Positions 18,090 through 28,355 are shown, counted from the first letter of the stretch. The stretch: DNA of 64,000 nt from Dehalococcoidia bacterium (GCA_965207935.1 CBDBNM010000002.1:1129179-1193178); one strand, 5' to 3'. Program-made: numbers and translations. The notes: a model not told the origin generated them from the letters alone.

Positions 18090-19619
18090 ATGCTAGAACA
18101 CGTCAGAAACTCAATCGCGTCCAGCCCCTCCTACAAATGGTGGGCTTTCGTCGCCCTGGGCATAGGGACATTCCAGTCGGTTGTCGCCCACAACAGCATA
18201 ATTGTCGTCCTTCCCGTCATCGCCGACCACTTCGATACGGACATGTCCACCGTCCAGTGGGTTGTCCTGGCTGAGCTCACCGTGCTCAGTTGCCTGCTTG
18301 TGCCCATGGGCCGCCTGTCGGACATAGTTGGCAGAAAGCAGGTTTACACAATCGGGCTGGTAGTCTTCCTGACAGGACTGACCTTGGCAGGGATCTCCAA
18401 CAGCATCACTTCCCTGGTGCTAGCCAAGACCCTGCAGGGGATAGGCTCGGCCATGAGCCAGGGCACAGCTATGGCAATGATCGTCTCCAGCTTCCCGGGC
18501 GCCGAGAGGGGGAAAGCCCTCGGGCTCAACATGAGTGTTGTCGGGACGGGGGGGATAACGGGCCCTGTAATTGGGGGCATCCTGGCGGGCACCCTGGGAT
18601 GGCGCTGGGTCTTCCTGGCCAGCATTCCGGCGGGGGTCGTAGCCCTTATAGTAGCTTATGTGGTCCTGGACTCCCGCCTCTACGCCAGCGACTCCCAACA
18701 ACGCCCCAAGTTCGACTGGCTGGGCGCCGCCCTGTCCACGGGGACCCTTTTGGCCCTGCTGCTGACGATTACCAACGGGAATCGACTTGGCTGGGACTCG
18801 GCGCCGATAATCGGTGGGGCGTTGGCTTTCGTAGCCCTGACAGCCACCTTCACCTGGTGGGAGCTAAGGACGGAAGTCCCAATGCTGGACCTGAGGTTGT
18901 TCGGCAGGCGCCTCTTTGCCATGGGTGTGTCGGCCGGGTTCATCAGCTTCATGGGCATGCACTGGATGCGCTTCGTGATGCCCTTCTACCTGCACGGCGT
19001 TATGGGATTCAGCATCGCCCAAGTGGGGCTGATCATGGTGCCCAACGCCATTGCCATGATCCTAATGGGGCCTCTGGCGGGAAGGCTCTCGGACCGCTAC
19101 GGCTGGGGAAGGTTCAACGGGGCAGGTTCCATCATGTCAGCCAGCGGGATATTCCTGCTGGCCTTCTTCGTGGACAGGTCGGCCCCCCTGAGCCTGATTA
19201 TCCTCGCAATGGTCCTACAGAGCTGCGGGACGGGGATATTCAACTCTCCCAACCACACCTCGGTGCTGAGCACCGTTGACTCCGGCAGGTACGGGGTGGT
19301 CTCGGGTCTCCTGAGCCTGAGCCGCACATCGGCCCAGACGGTCAGCATAGCCCTGGCAACCGTAGTGGTCACCCTGAGCATGGCCGCCGCCGGGTATACG
19401 GTGAACATCGGCGACATACTGGACTCCCAGGAGCCGGCGCTGCTTTCCTCCTTCACCCAAGCTACGGAGGTCGCTTTGCTGGTCTTGGGCGGTTTCCTGC
19501 TCATCGCCGTCACCTTGTCCATACTGAAGGGCGGCCGTCCCGCGTCGGTCACCGCCGGGGCTGCCCACGAGGCGGAACCGGCACCTGCCACTGGGGCCCA
19601 GAACTCCCCCGCTGACTAA
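18090..19619 (+). CDS. MFS transporter (14-TMS DHA2/EmrB-like)
   Basis: 509 aa, hydrophobic throughout. MFS loop motif GRLSDIVGRK. Confidence 0.9.
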   Translation: MLEHVRNSIASSPSYKWWAFVALGIGTFQSVVAHNSIIVVLPVIADHFDTDMSTVQWVVLAELTVLSCLLVPMGRLSDIVGRKQVYTIGLVVFLTGLTLAGISNSITSLVLAKTLQGIGSAMSQGTAMAMIVSSFPGAERGKALGLNMSVVGTGGITGPVIGGILAGTLGWRWVFLASIPAGVVALIVAYVVLDSRLYASDSQQRPKFDWLGAALSTGTLLALLLTITNGNRLGWDSAPIIGGALAFVALTATFTWWELRTEVPMLDLRLFGRRLFAMGVSAGFISFMGMHWMRFVMPFYLHGVMGFSIAQVGLIMVPNAIAMILMGPLAGRLSDRYGWGRFNGAGSIMSASGIFLLAFFVDRSAPLSLIILAMVLQSCGTGIFNSPNHTSVLSTVDSGRYGVVSGLLSLSRTSAQTVSIALATVVVTLSMAAAGYTVNIGDILDSQEPALLSSFTQATEVALLVLGGFLLIAVTLSILKGGRPASVTAGAAHEAEPAPATGAQNSPAD

Positions 19620-19669
19620 GGAATCGCCCGCGCCCACTCGCCCATGTGTCGGCGGCACAGCCCCCGAAC

Positions 19670-20090
19670 CCCCGCGACTCCCGCTTCCCTATCGGTATGC
19701 CCTTCGATTTCCCTCTTCGAGAGCCTCAGGACAGGCTCAGGACGAACCGACAAGGGCCGCAATCCAGGAAACCCAGGCCAGGGGCAGGCCTCCCCCCACT
19801 ATCGTCACTCCCGCGGAAGCGGGAGTCTACGAACCCTCGGCTGTACGTTCGCCCTGAGCCTGTCCAGAGGCTCTCGAAGGGAGAACGGACAGGATGCCCT
19901 GACGGGAGCAACCCTGTAGCTGGCATTGCTCCGTTCTGGATTGCGGCCTCCGCCGCAATGACGAATATCCTCTCGATAGTGAAAAGCGTGTGTGACACAA
20001 TGCCAGAGAAGGCCGTCCATGACCAAAGGCCCACCCCGTCATTGCGGCGAAGGCCGCAATCCAGGAAACCCAGGCCAGGGGCAGGCGCCC
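19670..20090. repeat. Mosaic palindromic repeat cluster R3
   Basis: GAGCCT/AGGCTC module in both orientations (about 19720-19745 and 19853-19875). TCCCGC-ggaa-GCGGGA at about 19811. ATTGCGGC-N4-GCCGCAAT at 19940-19959 and inverted at 20041-20060. Confidence 0.85.
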
Positions 20091-20271
20091 CACAACGAAG
20101 ACCCTCCCGACGCACCGGTGCCCTACATTCACAAACGAAGCGCAACACCTTCTTTGAGGTGGAAGCCGAGAGGGTCCCGCCGCGGTTGCGGTGTGTAGGG
20201 CTTCCTCTTATACTCTTACGGGCGAATCAGCAGGAACCAGCTACACCCCACCACGATAGAGAAATCACTTA

Positions 20272-21273
20272 ATGCAGCAGATCGGGCGGATCTTTTCGGG
20301 AATGCGGCCCACGGGCCGCCTCCACATCGGCAACTACCTGGGCGCTCTCCAGAACTGGGTCGATCTCCAGGACTCCTACCAGTGCATCTACTGCGCGGTG
20401 GATATCCATGCTCTCACCACCATCTCTTCCTCCGAGGAGACGGGCGACATTGCGGGCAACATCGAAGAGATGGTGCTGGACTGGTTGGCTGCGGGGCTGG
20501 ACCCGGAGCGCAGCATTCTGTTCGTCCAGTCCCACGTCCCCGAGGTGATGAGCCTCCATACCCTTCTCAGCATGGTCACCCCTTTGGGCTGGCTCATGCG
20601 GGTGCCCACCTTCAAGGAGAAGGTGCGCCAGATGGGGGAGACCGATGAGACGGTGAACTACGGGCTGGTGGGCTACCCCGTCCTCCAGACGGCCGACATT
20701 ATCCTGTACAAGGCTGATGCGGTGCCTGTGGGTGAAGACCAGGTGCCCCACCTGGAATTGGCCAGGGAGATCGTCCGTCGCTTCAACCACATGTTCGGCG
20801 AGACCTTCCCCGAGCCCCAAGCCAAGCTCACCGAGGTGCCCCTCATAGTCGGGCTGGATGGCCAGCAGAAGATGAGCAAGACCCTGGACAATCATGTCGA
20901 CATCGCCCTCACGCCCGAGGACACCCAGAAGCGGGTGCTGACTGCCTTCACCGACCCCAAGCGCACCCACCGCAACATCCCCGGCACCCCCGAGGTGTGC
21001 AACGTCTATTCCCTGCACAAGACCTTCACGCCCCCCGCCGACGTAACCACGATTTACGAGGAGTGCACCGGCGCTGTGCGGGGCTGCGTGGACTGCAAAC
21101 GCGAGCTGGCCGGCAACATGAACACCTACCTGGCGCCCTTGAGGGAGCGACGAGAAGAGTTCCGCGCTCGCCCCGGCTACGTGAAAGAGGTGCTGCAGCA
21201 TGGCGCGGAGCAGGCCCGCGCCATCGCAAGGGACACCATGGCGGAAGTCAACGAGAAGATGGGCTTGGCCTAG
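20272..21273 (+). CDS. trpS: Tryptophan--tRNA ligase
   Basis: 333 aa. HIGN (GRLHIGNYLGA) and KMSKT class I signatures. Confidence 0.97.
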   Translation: MQQIGRIFSGMRPTGRLHIGNYLGALQNWVDLQDSYQCIYCAVDIHALTTISSSEETGDIAGNIEEMVLDWLAAGLDPERSILFVQSHVPEVMSLHTLLSMVTPLGWLMRVPTFKEKVRQMGETDETVNYGLVGYPVLQTADIILYKADAVPVGEDQVPHLELAREIVRRFNHMFGETFPEPQAKLTEVPLIVGLDGQQKMSKTLDNHVDIALTPEDTQKRVLTAFTDPKRTHRNIPGTPEVCNVYSLHKTFTPPADVTTIYEECTGAVRGCVDCKRELAGNMNTYLAPLRERREEFRARPGYVKEVLQHGAEQARAIARDTMAEVNEKMGLA

Positions 21274-21282
21274 CTTCGTCCC

Positions 21283-22104
21283 ATGAGCGCCCAGAGCATC
21301 GATATTCCCCGGTCAGCCAGCCGTCTCCCAGCCTTAGATGTGGCGGTGGAGGCTGCCAAGCGAGCCGGGGGACTGCTGATGGAGCGCTACCACTCGGAGA
21401 AGTCCATCAGCTACAAAGGCCGGGCCGACCTGGTTACCGATGTGGACCTGGCGGCCGAAGGGGAGATACTTGCCCTGCTGCGGGAAGAGTACCCCGGCTT
21501 CGGCATCCTTTCCGAGGAGTCGCCTGCGGTAGCCAGCGACTCCGGGTTTACGTGGATCGTCGATCCCCTGGATGGGACGAGGAACTATGCCCTCCAGGTG
21601 CCCCACTTCTGCGTCATGGTAGCCCTGGCTCACGGCAACGACCCAATTATCGGCGTTACCTACGACCCCTTGCGGGAGGAGATGTTCAGCGCAGAGAGGG
21701 GCAAGGGCGCCTTCATGAACGGCACGGCGGTGGAAGCCACCCAGCGCAGTTCCCTGGACGAGTGCGTGCTGGCCTTCGAGATGGGCTACGTCGACGACAT
21801 GGCGGCCAAGGCCCTGAAGCTGGTCGGCGGGCTATGGCCCAACATGCAGGCGGTGCGGGTGATGGGCTCAGCGGGCTTGGGGCTGGCCTACGCCGCATGC
21901 GGGCGAGTGGACCTCTTCTTCCACCATAAGCTTTCGCCGTGGGACATAGCCGCGGGCATCATCCTGGCCCGGGAGGCAGGCGGCCTCGTTGTGGACCGGT
22001 ACGGGGGCAACCGGTGCCTGGAAGATGGAAGCGTCATTGCATCCAGCCCACGCATTGTGCAGAGCTTCTTCGACGCCACCGAGGGGATGGACTGGCGTCA
22101 ATAG
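21283..22104 (+). CDS. Inositol monophosphatase family protein
   Basis: 273 aa. WIVDPLDGT and HHKLSPWDIAAG motifs. Confidence 0.9.
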   Translation: MSAQSIDIPRSASRLPALDVAVEAAKRAGGLLMERYHSEKSISYKGRADLVTDVDLAAEGEILALLREEYPGFGILSEESPAVASDSGFTWIVDPLDGTRNYALQVPHFCVMVALAHGNDPIIGVTYDPLREEMFSAERGKGAFMNGTAVEATQRSSLDECVLAFEMGYVDDMAAKALKLVGGLWPNMQAVRVMGSAGLGLAYAACGRVDLFFHHKLSPWDIAAGIILAREAGGLVVDRYGGNRCLEDGSVIASSPRIVQSFFDATEGMDWRQ

Positions 22105-22161
22105 CCCGGGGAATCTCCCGGGTCACCAAGGACCACAACTGACCCTGGTAAGGGGAAAGCG

Positions 22162-22716
22162 ATGGCAAGGTTGGTCCGGCTGAATAGAGAAGACCTGGAT
22201 GACGCCGATGTCGCGCATTTCGACAAGATAGTCGAGCTGCGTGGAGGCGCCGGCGGCCTGTACAGCCTGCTGCTCCACAGCCCAGCCTTGGCTGCGCGCA
22301 TGGCAGCCACCGAAGCTTACGTCAGGTTCGACTCTCCTCTTCCTACAGCTCTCAAGGAGATCGTGATACTGGCAACCGCTCGCGAAATCCGTTCCCAGTA
22401 CGAGTTCCAAGCCCATGCCAGGTTGGCTCGGCAGGCCGGCGTGGCCGACGAGGTAATCCGTTCCCTTGCCCTTGGAGAGGACCCGGAGGGGCTATCCGAC
22501 GAGGAGAAAGTGGCATTGTCCTACGCCCGAGAGCTGCTTCAAAGGGGCAGCATATCCGGGCCTGTCTTTGAAGCTGCGGCGGAGCGCTTCGGACGACGAG
22601 GCGTCGCAGAGCTGTCCGTGATAGTCGGGCACTACCGGATGATAGACCTGTTTCTAACGTCCCTGGAGGTGGAGCTGGCGCCGGGAGCGGTGCCGGAGCT
22701 GCCTCTCACAGGGTGA
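22162..22716 (+). CDS. Carboxymuconolactone decarboxylase (AhpD-like) family protein
   Basis: 184 aa. Pattern LLHSP.LA...YVRF...LKEIVILATAREI.SQYEF.AH. Confidence 0.75.
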   Translation: MARLVRLNREDLDDADVAHFDKIVELRGGAGGLYSLLLHSPALAARMAATEAYVRFDSPLPTALKEIVILATAREIRSQYEFQAHARLARQAGVADEVIRSLALGEDPEGLSDEEKVALSYARELLQRGSISGPVFEAAAERFGRRGVAELSVIVGHYRMIDLFLTSLEVELAPGAVPELPLTG

Positions 22717-22757
22717 GACCGACGAGTACCATTCAGTAGGATTTGAGGAGGTTCACA

Positions 22758-23306
22758 ATGGCGCGCATACCCGATGTTTCCAGGGAAGAACTGAGCGCTG
22801 AAGAGCAGGGTTACTACGATGAGATAGTGGAGAGCCGCGGGGGCATCAGGGGGCCTTACGGCGTCCTGCTGCACAGCCCCAAGCTGGCGGCCTGCGTGGC
22901 TGCCACCGGCACCTACGTGCGCTTTGAGGGCGATATGGACAACGCCCTGCGCGAGGTGGTGGTGCTTGCCACAGCCCGTGAGATAAAGAGCCAGTACGAG
23001 TTTGCAGCCCATGCCCGCTTGGCCAGGGCGGCAGGGGTCGCCGAGGACACCATACAGGGCATTGCCAAGGGGACAGCTCCCAACGGGCTGGCGGGGGATG
23101 AGGCCCTGGTGGTCAGATACGTCCAGGAGCTGCTGCGGGACCACAAGATTTCCTCTGCCTCTTTCGATGCTGTCAAGGACCGGTTCGGGGTGAAGGGGAC
23201 CGTCGAGCTGACCGGGCTCATCGGCCACTATATGCTGGTCGGTCAGGTGCTGGCGGCCTTCGCCGTGGAGCTGACCGAGGGCATGGTAGCCGAAATACCC
23301 GAGTAG
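22758..23306 (+). CDS. Carboxymuconolactone decarboxylase (AhpD-like) family protein, tandem paralogue
   Basis: Track ORF from 22743; the ATG at 22758 gives MARIPDV. Clearly paralogous to 22162..22716 (LLHSPKLA, VVLATAREIKSQYEFAAHARLAR). Confidence 0.75.
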   Translation: MARIPDVSREELSAEEQGYYDEIVESRGGIRGPYGVLLHSPKLAACVAATGTYVRFEGDMDNALREVVVLATAREIKSQYEFAAHARLARAAGVAEDTIQGIAKGTAPNGLAGDEALVVRYVQELLRDHKISSASFDAVKDRFGVKGTVELTGLIGHYMLVGQVLAAFAVELTEGMVAEIPE

Positions 23307-23313
23307 AGATATC

Positions 23314-24789
23314 TTGACCCTCCGTCAAGGGCCTCCCTATAATCCACATGTGAAGAAGAATTCCGGTTCTCTTCAACCTCGGGCTGCCGGCGATCGTCCC
23401 AGGGAAGAGTGCGGCGTCGTAGGGGTGTACGCCCCCGGGCGCGATGCTGGGCGCGTCGCCTTCTTCGGCCTCTTCGCCCTTCAGCACAGGGGTCAGGAGA
23501 GCGCAGGAATCGCCGCTACCGACGGCTCTTCCATCCGGGTGCATACCGACATGGGACTCGTCACCCAGGTCTTCCGCGAGGAAGAGCTGCGCCCCCTACA
23601 GGGTACGATGGCCATAGGCCATACCCGCTACTCCACCACCGGCTCCAGCCAGGAGTGCAACGCCCAACCCTTCCTCGTCCAGGGGGTTCACGGCCAACTG
23701 GCCCTGGGACACAACGGCAACGTTGTCAACGCGGCCGAGCTCCAGGACCAGCTCAGGAAGGACTGGGGCTGCACCTTCGCTTCGTCCACCGACTCCGAAG
23801 TCATGGCTTACCTCCTGGTCAACGCCTCCGGTCAGACCTGGGAGGAGCGGGCCGCCTACTTCATGCGAAACGTGCAGGGCGCCTACTCGGTTGTGGTGCT
23901 GACCAAGGACGGCGTGATGGGTATGCGTGACCCGATGGGAGTGAGGCCCCTCTGCATCGGTCGCCTGGATGAAGGCTGGGTGCTCGCATCGGAGAGCTGC
24001 GCCCTGGACCACCTGGGGGCCACTTATCTCAGGGATGTGGAACCCGGCGAACTGGTGTACATCGACGACAACGGCCTCCAGTCATACGTATGGCAGGGGG
24101 GCAACGGCAAGCGGTCCCTATGTGTGTTCGAGCTTATCTACTTCGCCCGGCCCGACAGTACCATGGAAGGCAGCTTGGTCTATTCCAGCCGCAACGCCAT
24201 GGGTGCCCAGCTTGCCAGGGAACATCCCGCCGATGCCGATGTCGTCATCGGTGTTCCCGACTCAGCTGGGGCGGCCGCCGTCGGCTACGCCCACGAGTCC
24301 AACATCCCCTACGGCGAGGGCTTGGTGAAGAACCGCTACGTGGGACGCACCTTCATCGAGCCGGACCAGAAGCTCCGGGAACTGGGCGTCTGGGTCAAGT
24401 TCAATCCCCTGATCGAGGTGATCAAGGGGAAACGCATCGTGGTGGTCGACGACAGCATAGTTCGCGGGACCACCACTCCCCACGTGGTCAGCCTGCTGCG
24501 CCGTGCTGGAGCCGAGGAGGTGCACATGCGGGTGTGCGCCCCCCCGATACGCCATCCTTGCATCCTGGGGGTGGATATGGCGACCAAGGGTGAGCTGATC
24601 GCCTCCCACAAGAGCAACGACGAGATACGCAAGTTCATCGGCGCCGACTCACTGGGCTACCTCAGCGTGAAGGGGCTGCTTGAAGTGGTTGGCGGCAGCT
24701 CAGGCGGGTTCTGCGACGCCTGCTTTACCGGCAAGTATCCCATCCCCGTGCAGCTGGAGATGGACAAACTCATGCTGGAGCACCAGTAG
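23314..24789 (+). CDS. purF: Amidophosphoribosyltransferase
   Basis: 491 aa. CGVVGVY Ntn nucleophile after a leader, PRTase loop VVVDDSIVRGTT, and C-terminal Cys ligands. The exact start is uncertain (TTG 23314 or GTG 23350). Confidence 0.95.
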   Translation: MTLRQGPPYNPHVKKNSGSLQPRAAGDRPREECGVVGVYAPGRDAGRVAFFGLFALQHRGQESAGIAATDGSSIRVHTDMGLVTQVFREEELRPLQGTMAIGHTRYSTTGSSQECNAQPFLVQGVHGQLALGHNGNVVNAAELQDQLRKDWGCTFASSTDSEVMAYLLVNASGQTWEERAAYFMRNVQGAYSVVVLTKDGVMGMRDPMGVRPLCIGRLDEGWVLASESCALDHLGATYLRDVEPGELVYIDDNGLQSYVWQGGNGKRSLCVFELIYFARPDSTMEGSLVYSSRNAMGAQLAREHPADADVVIGVPDSAGAAAVGYAHESNIPYGEGLVKNRYVGRTFIEPDQKLRELGVWVKFNPLIEVIKGKRIVVVDDSIVRGTTTPHVVSLLRRAGAEEVHMRVCAPPIRHPCILGVDMATKGELIASHKSNDEIRKFIGADSLGYLSVKGLLEVVGGSSGGFCDACFTGKYPIPVQLEMDKLMLEHQ

Positions 24790-24855
24790 CCGGTTGCCTC
24801 TCACCTATCCTACCAAGCCGCTGAAGCATCACATCCTGAGGGCGGGGGGCTGACC

Positions 24856-25884
24856 GTGGCTGACAACCCGTACCAGGCAGCGGGGGTGGACACCGACGCC
24901 CTGGCCCACATCAAGGACCGCATAGCGGGATTCGCCCGCCTGACCCACGGCCCCGAGGTACTGGGGGGCGCGGGCGGCTTCGCAGGGCTTTTCCGACTCC
25001 AGGGCTACGACAACCCCATCCTGGTAGCCAGCACCGACGGCGTCGGCACCAAGCTGAAGGTGGCTTCCCTCCTGGGCCATTACGAGTCCCTGGGCATCGA
25101 CCTGGTCAACCTGAACATCGACGATGTGCTCACCCAGGGCGCCAAACCCCTGTTCTTCCTGGACTACGTAGCGACCAGCGACAAAGGGCTGGAATGGATC
25201 GACACCCTGGTGCGGGGCATGACGTGGGCCTGCCGGGAGGCCGGTTGTGCCCTGATCGGGGGCGAGACCGCTCAGATGCCCGGCGTGTACGCCGAAGGCG
25301 ATTTCGACCTCGCGGGGTTCATCGTAGGCATCGTTGAGGAGAAGCAGAGGCTCGATCCCTCCACGGTGGAGGCTGGCGATGTCCTGGTAGGCGTGCCCTC
25401 CAGCGGTCTCCATACCAACGGCTTCTCCCTGGTCCGCAAGGTGTTCGGCATCGACGACAACCCCAACGTCCTGTACGAACACCACCAGGAGCTGGGCCAC
25501 TCCCTAGGAGAGGAGCTTCTGATACCCCACCGCTCCTACTATCCGGCCCTGTCCGGGGTGCTGGGCAGCATCAAGGCCATGGCCCACATCAGCGGAGGCG
25601 GCCTCCTGGAGAACATGCCCCGGGCTATGCCTCCGGGGCTGGCTGCCCGGTTCGATTTAGGCAGCTGGCAGGTCCTGCCGATCTTCACGATGCTTCAACA
25701 CCGGGGAGAGATAGACCCTGCCGAAATGTACCGGGTCTTCAACATGGGCTTGGGCATTGTCATGGTGTGCCCCCAGGACAAAGTAGAGTCTGTGCTGACC
25801 GAGGTGCCCGACTCGGTGGTGGTGGGCGAGGTGGTGGTGCAGCACGGCGATGATGGGGTTATACTGGGTTCCCTGCCCCACTAG
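24856..25884 (+). CDS. purM: Phosphoribosylformylglycinamidine cyclo-ligase (AIR synthetase)
   Basis: 342 aa. YQAAGVD, DGVGTK and ISGGGL motifs. Confidence 0.96.
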   Translation: MADNPYQAAGVDTDALAHIKDRIAGFARLTHGPEVLGGAGGFAGLFRLQGYDNPILVASTDGVGTKLKVASLLGHYESLGIDLVNLNIDDVLTQGAKPLFFLDYVATSDKGLEWIDTLVRGMTWACREAGCALIGGETAQMPGVYAEGDFDLAGFIVGIVEEKQRLDPSTVEAGDVLVGVPSSGLHTNGFSLVRKVFGIDDNPNVLYEHHQELGHSLGEELLIPHRSYYPALSGVLGSIKAMAHISGGGLLENMPRAMPPGLAARFDLGSWQVLPIFTMLQHRGEIDPAEMYRVFNMGLGIVMVCPQDKVESVLTEVPDSVVVGEVVVQHGDDGVILGSLPH

Positions 25885-25914
25885 GTACAGGATATCTCTG
25901 CGGGAGGGAGCCCC

Positions 25915-27459
25915 TTGCGAGCCATCATCAGCATCTACGACAAGAGCGGAATCGTAGATTTTGCCCGCCGCCTGGCGGAAGCCGGTGTCGAGCTGATCAG
26001 TACCGGGGGCACCTACAAGGTGCTGTCCGAGGATGGCGGCCTGCCCGTACAGCAGGTCTCCGACGTTACCGGCTCCCCGGAGATACTGGACGGGCGGGTG
26101 AAGACCCTGCACCCCCGCATACATGGGGGCCTGCTGGCCCGGCGGGACACCCCGGAGCACATGACGGAGCTAAAAAAGCAGGGCATTCAGCCCATCGATT
26201 TAGTTGTGTCGAACCTCTATCCCTTCGTAGATACGGTGAGCAAGCCGGGCGTGGAGCTGGATGAAGCATTGGAGAACATCGACATTGGCGGGCCTACCCT
26301 CATCAGGGCGGGAGCTAAGAACTTCCCGTCTGTGGCGGTGGTCGTCGATCCGGCCGACTACCCGTGGGTCGCCGATCGCATAGCGGGGGGTGGGCTGAGC
26401 CAGGAGGAGCGCCAAGGCTTGGCGTTCAAGGCTTTCCAGCACGTTTCCACCTACGACACCGCCGTCGCCGCATACCTGGGCGCCAAAGCGGATAGCAAGG
26501 ATGGGGCTGGCGGCGAAGAGATGCCCCAGGTGCTGGACCTGTCCTACCGAAAGCACCTAGACCTGCGCTATGGGGAGAATCCCCACCAGAAGGCCGCCTT
26601 GTATGTGGCCGGGGAAAATGACGGAGGCTTGGCAGGAGCAAGCCAGGTCCATGGCAGGGAGCTGTCCTTCAACAACTTGCTGGATGCCGACGCAGCTTGG
26701 CGGACGGCCACCGATTTCGAGGGCGTCGCCGTCGCCATAATCAAGCACACCAACCCCTGCGGCCTTGCTGTCTCCAGCGACCAGGTTGAGGCCTACCAGC
26801 GTGCCCTCGCCGGAGACCCGGTGTCGGCCTTCGGTGGAATCGTGGGCTTCAACTCCATCGTCTCCGCCGCGACGGCCAGGGAGATGGGCAGCGTCTTCTA
26901 CGAGGTGGTGGTGGCCCCAGGCTATGAAGAGGAAGCCCTGGAAGAGCTGAAGAAGAAGCGAAACCTGCGAATACTGGTAGCTGAACCGCCTAAGGATGAG
27001 GGCGACTACGATCTGCGGCCTTTGTCGGGAGGGCTCCTGGCCCAGTCCCAGGATGTGCTGGCCGAGGATGCGTCATCGTGGAAGGTCGTCACCAAGCGGC
27101 AGCCGGATGACCGGGAGATGGCCGACCTGGCTTTCGCCTGGAAGGTCGCCAAGCACATCAAGTCCAACGCCATCGTGCTGGTCAAGGACCAAGCCCTGGT
27201 TGGCATGGGAGCAGGTCAGCCCAACCGCCTCAACAGCGTCCACCTGGCTGTGCGGGCGGCGGGAGATGCGTCCCCGGGAAGCGTCCTGGCGTCCGATGCC
27301 TTCTTCCCCTTTCCCGACGGCGTGGAGCTGGCGGCCGAGGGCGGGGCCACCGCCGTCGTCCAGCCTGGAGGCTCCATCCGGGACGATGAGGTCATAGCGG
27401 CCGCCGACGAAGCCAACCTGGCCATGGTGTTCACCGGCGTGCGCCATTTCAAGCACTGA
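25915..27459 (+). CDS. purH: Bifunctional IMP cyclohydrolase / AICAR formyltransferase
   Basis: 514 aa. SVYDK-like start, [10 protein letters not shown], and a C-terminal ending FTGVRHFKH. Confidence 0.97.
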   Translation: MRAIISIYDKSGIVDFARRLAEAGVELISTGGTYKVLSEDGGLPVQQVSDVTGSPEILDGRVKTLHPRIHGGLLARRDTPEHMTELKKQGIQPIDLVVSNLYPFVDTVSKPGVELDEALENIDIGGPTLIRAGAKNFPSVAVVVDPADYPWVADRIAGGGLSQEERQGLAFKAFQHVSTYDTAVAAYLGAKADSKDGAGGEEMPQVLDLSYRKHLDLRYGENPHQKAALYVAGENDGGLAGASQVHGRELSFNNLLDADAAWRTATDFEGVAVAIIKHTNPCGLAVSSDQVEAYQRALAGDPVSAFGGIVGFNSIVSAATAREMGSVFYEVVVAPGYEEEALEELKKKRNLRILVAEPPKDEGDYDLRPLSGGLLAQSQDVLAEDASSWKVVTKRQPDDREMADLAFAWKVAKHIKSNAIVLVKDQALVGMGAGQPNRLNSVHLAVRAAGDASPGSVLASDAFFPFPDGVELAAEGGATAVVQPGGSIRDDEVIAAADEANLAMVFTGVRHFKH

Positions 27460-27533
27460 TTCTAGCTTGACACCGGTTTGCCGCAACAAATAGGGTTAGT
27501 CGGAGCCAGGAAGATAGTGGAGAGAGCGGGGAG

Positions 27534-28259
27534 ATGGCAGACACTGTAGATTTCGTTATTCCGGTCTATAACGAAGAGCATGATCTGCCCCGCAGTATCG
27601 ACATCCTCAGCAAGTTCCTGCGCGAGAACCTGCTCCAGAACCCCTGGCAGATAATCATTGCCGACAACGGCTCTACGGACAACACCCGCGCCGTAGCCGA
27701 TATGCTGGCCACCCGCCACACCAGCGTTGTCAGCGTGCACATCCCCCAGAAGGGCAGGGGGCGCGCCCTTCGCCAAGTATGGCTGGAAAGCAGCGCCGAT
27801 ATCCTCAGCTACATGGATGTTGACCTGTCCACGGACCTGTCCCACATTCCCCAGCTTGTAGGAGCTATCGAAGAAGGCGCGGACATCGCCATAGGAAGCC
27901 GACTCTCGAAGAACTCCAGGGTCACCCGCTCCCTCAAGCGCGAATTCATATCCCGCTCCTACAGCACCCTGATTCGGATGATGTTCTTCACCCCCTTCCG
28001 GGATGCCCAGTGCGGCTTCAAGGCCATCACCCGCAGGGCCGCCCAAGCCATCATTCCCCAGGTGCAGAACAACAACTGGTTCTTCGACACCGAGATGCTG
28101 ATAATCGCCGCCAAGAACGGGTACCGGATACGGGAGATTCCCGTGAAGTGGGATGACGACCCCGATTCCCGGGTGCGAGTGGTCGCCACGGCATGGGAAG
28201 ACATCAAGGGCCTGATGAGGCTCAGGTTCAAGGGTGTGCCCCGCCCGACCGCCCCCTAA
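27534..28259 (+). CDS. Family 2 glycosyltransferase (polyprenyl-phosphate glycosyltransferase-like)
   Basis: 241 aa. VIPVYNEE, DNGSTD and the DVD acidic motif (YMDVDLS). Confidence 0.88.
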   Translation: MADTVDFVIPVYNEEHDLPRSIDILSKFLRENLLQNPWQIIIADNGSTDNTRAVADMLATRHTSVVSVHIPQKGRGRALRQVWLESSADILSYMDVDLSTDLSHIPQLVGAIEEGADIAIGSRLSKNSRVTRSLKREFISRSYSTLIRMMFFTPFRDAQCGFKAITRRAAQAIIPQVQNNNWFFDTEMLIIAAKNGYRIREIPVKWDDDPDSRVRVVATAWEDIKGLMRLRFKGVPRPTAP

Positions 28260-28355
28260 GTCCCCAACCCCCGGTCTCCCATTCCCTGCCGTGTCCGGCA
28301 TCCCCCCAAGGTGTATACTGCCAGCACTTCCAGTCATCACCCAGGAGGAGACGCC

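Noticed and set aside
20156-20172. T-box leader upstream of trpS (and hisS).
   Set aside because: The only GGUGG-containing stretch (GAGGTGGAAGCCGAGAG) lacks the conserved ACCGCG continuation. No specifier-loop or terminator/antiterminator architecture could be drawn. The hisS upstream gap (83 nt) is too short.
19646-20272. ORFs running across the repeat clusters. Examples: 19646..20272 (208 aa), 19726..20148, 32329..32850, 32494..32985, 32727..33197, 2901..3203, 29687..30100.
   Set aside because: They are translations of palindromic repeat modules, and the same peptide strings appear on both strands and in several clusters. They have no start context and are interpreted as non-coding repeats.
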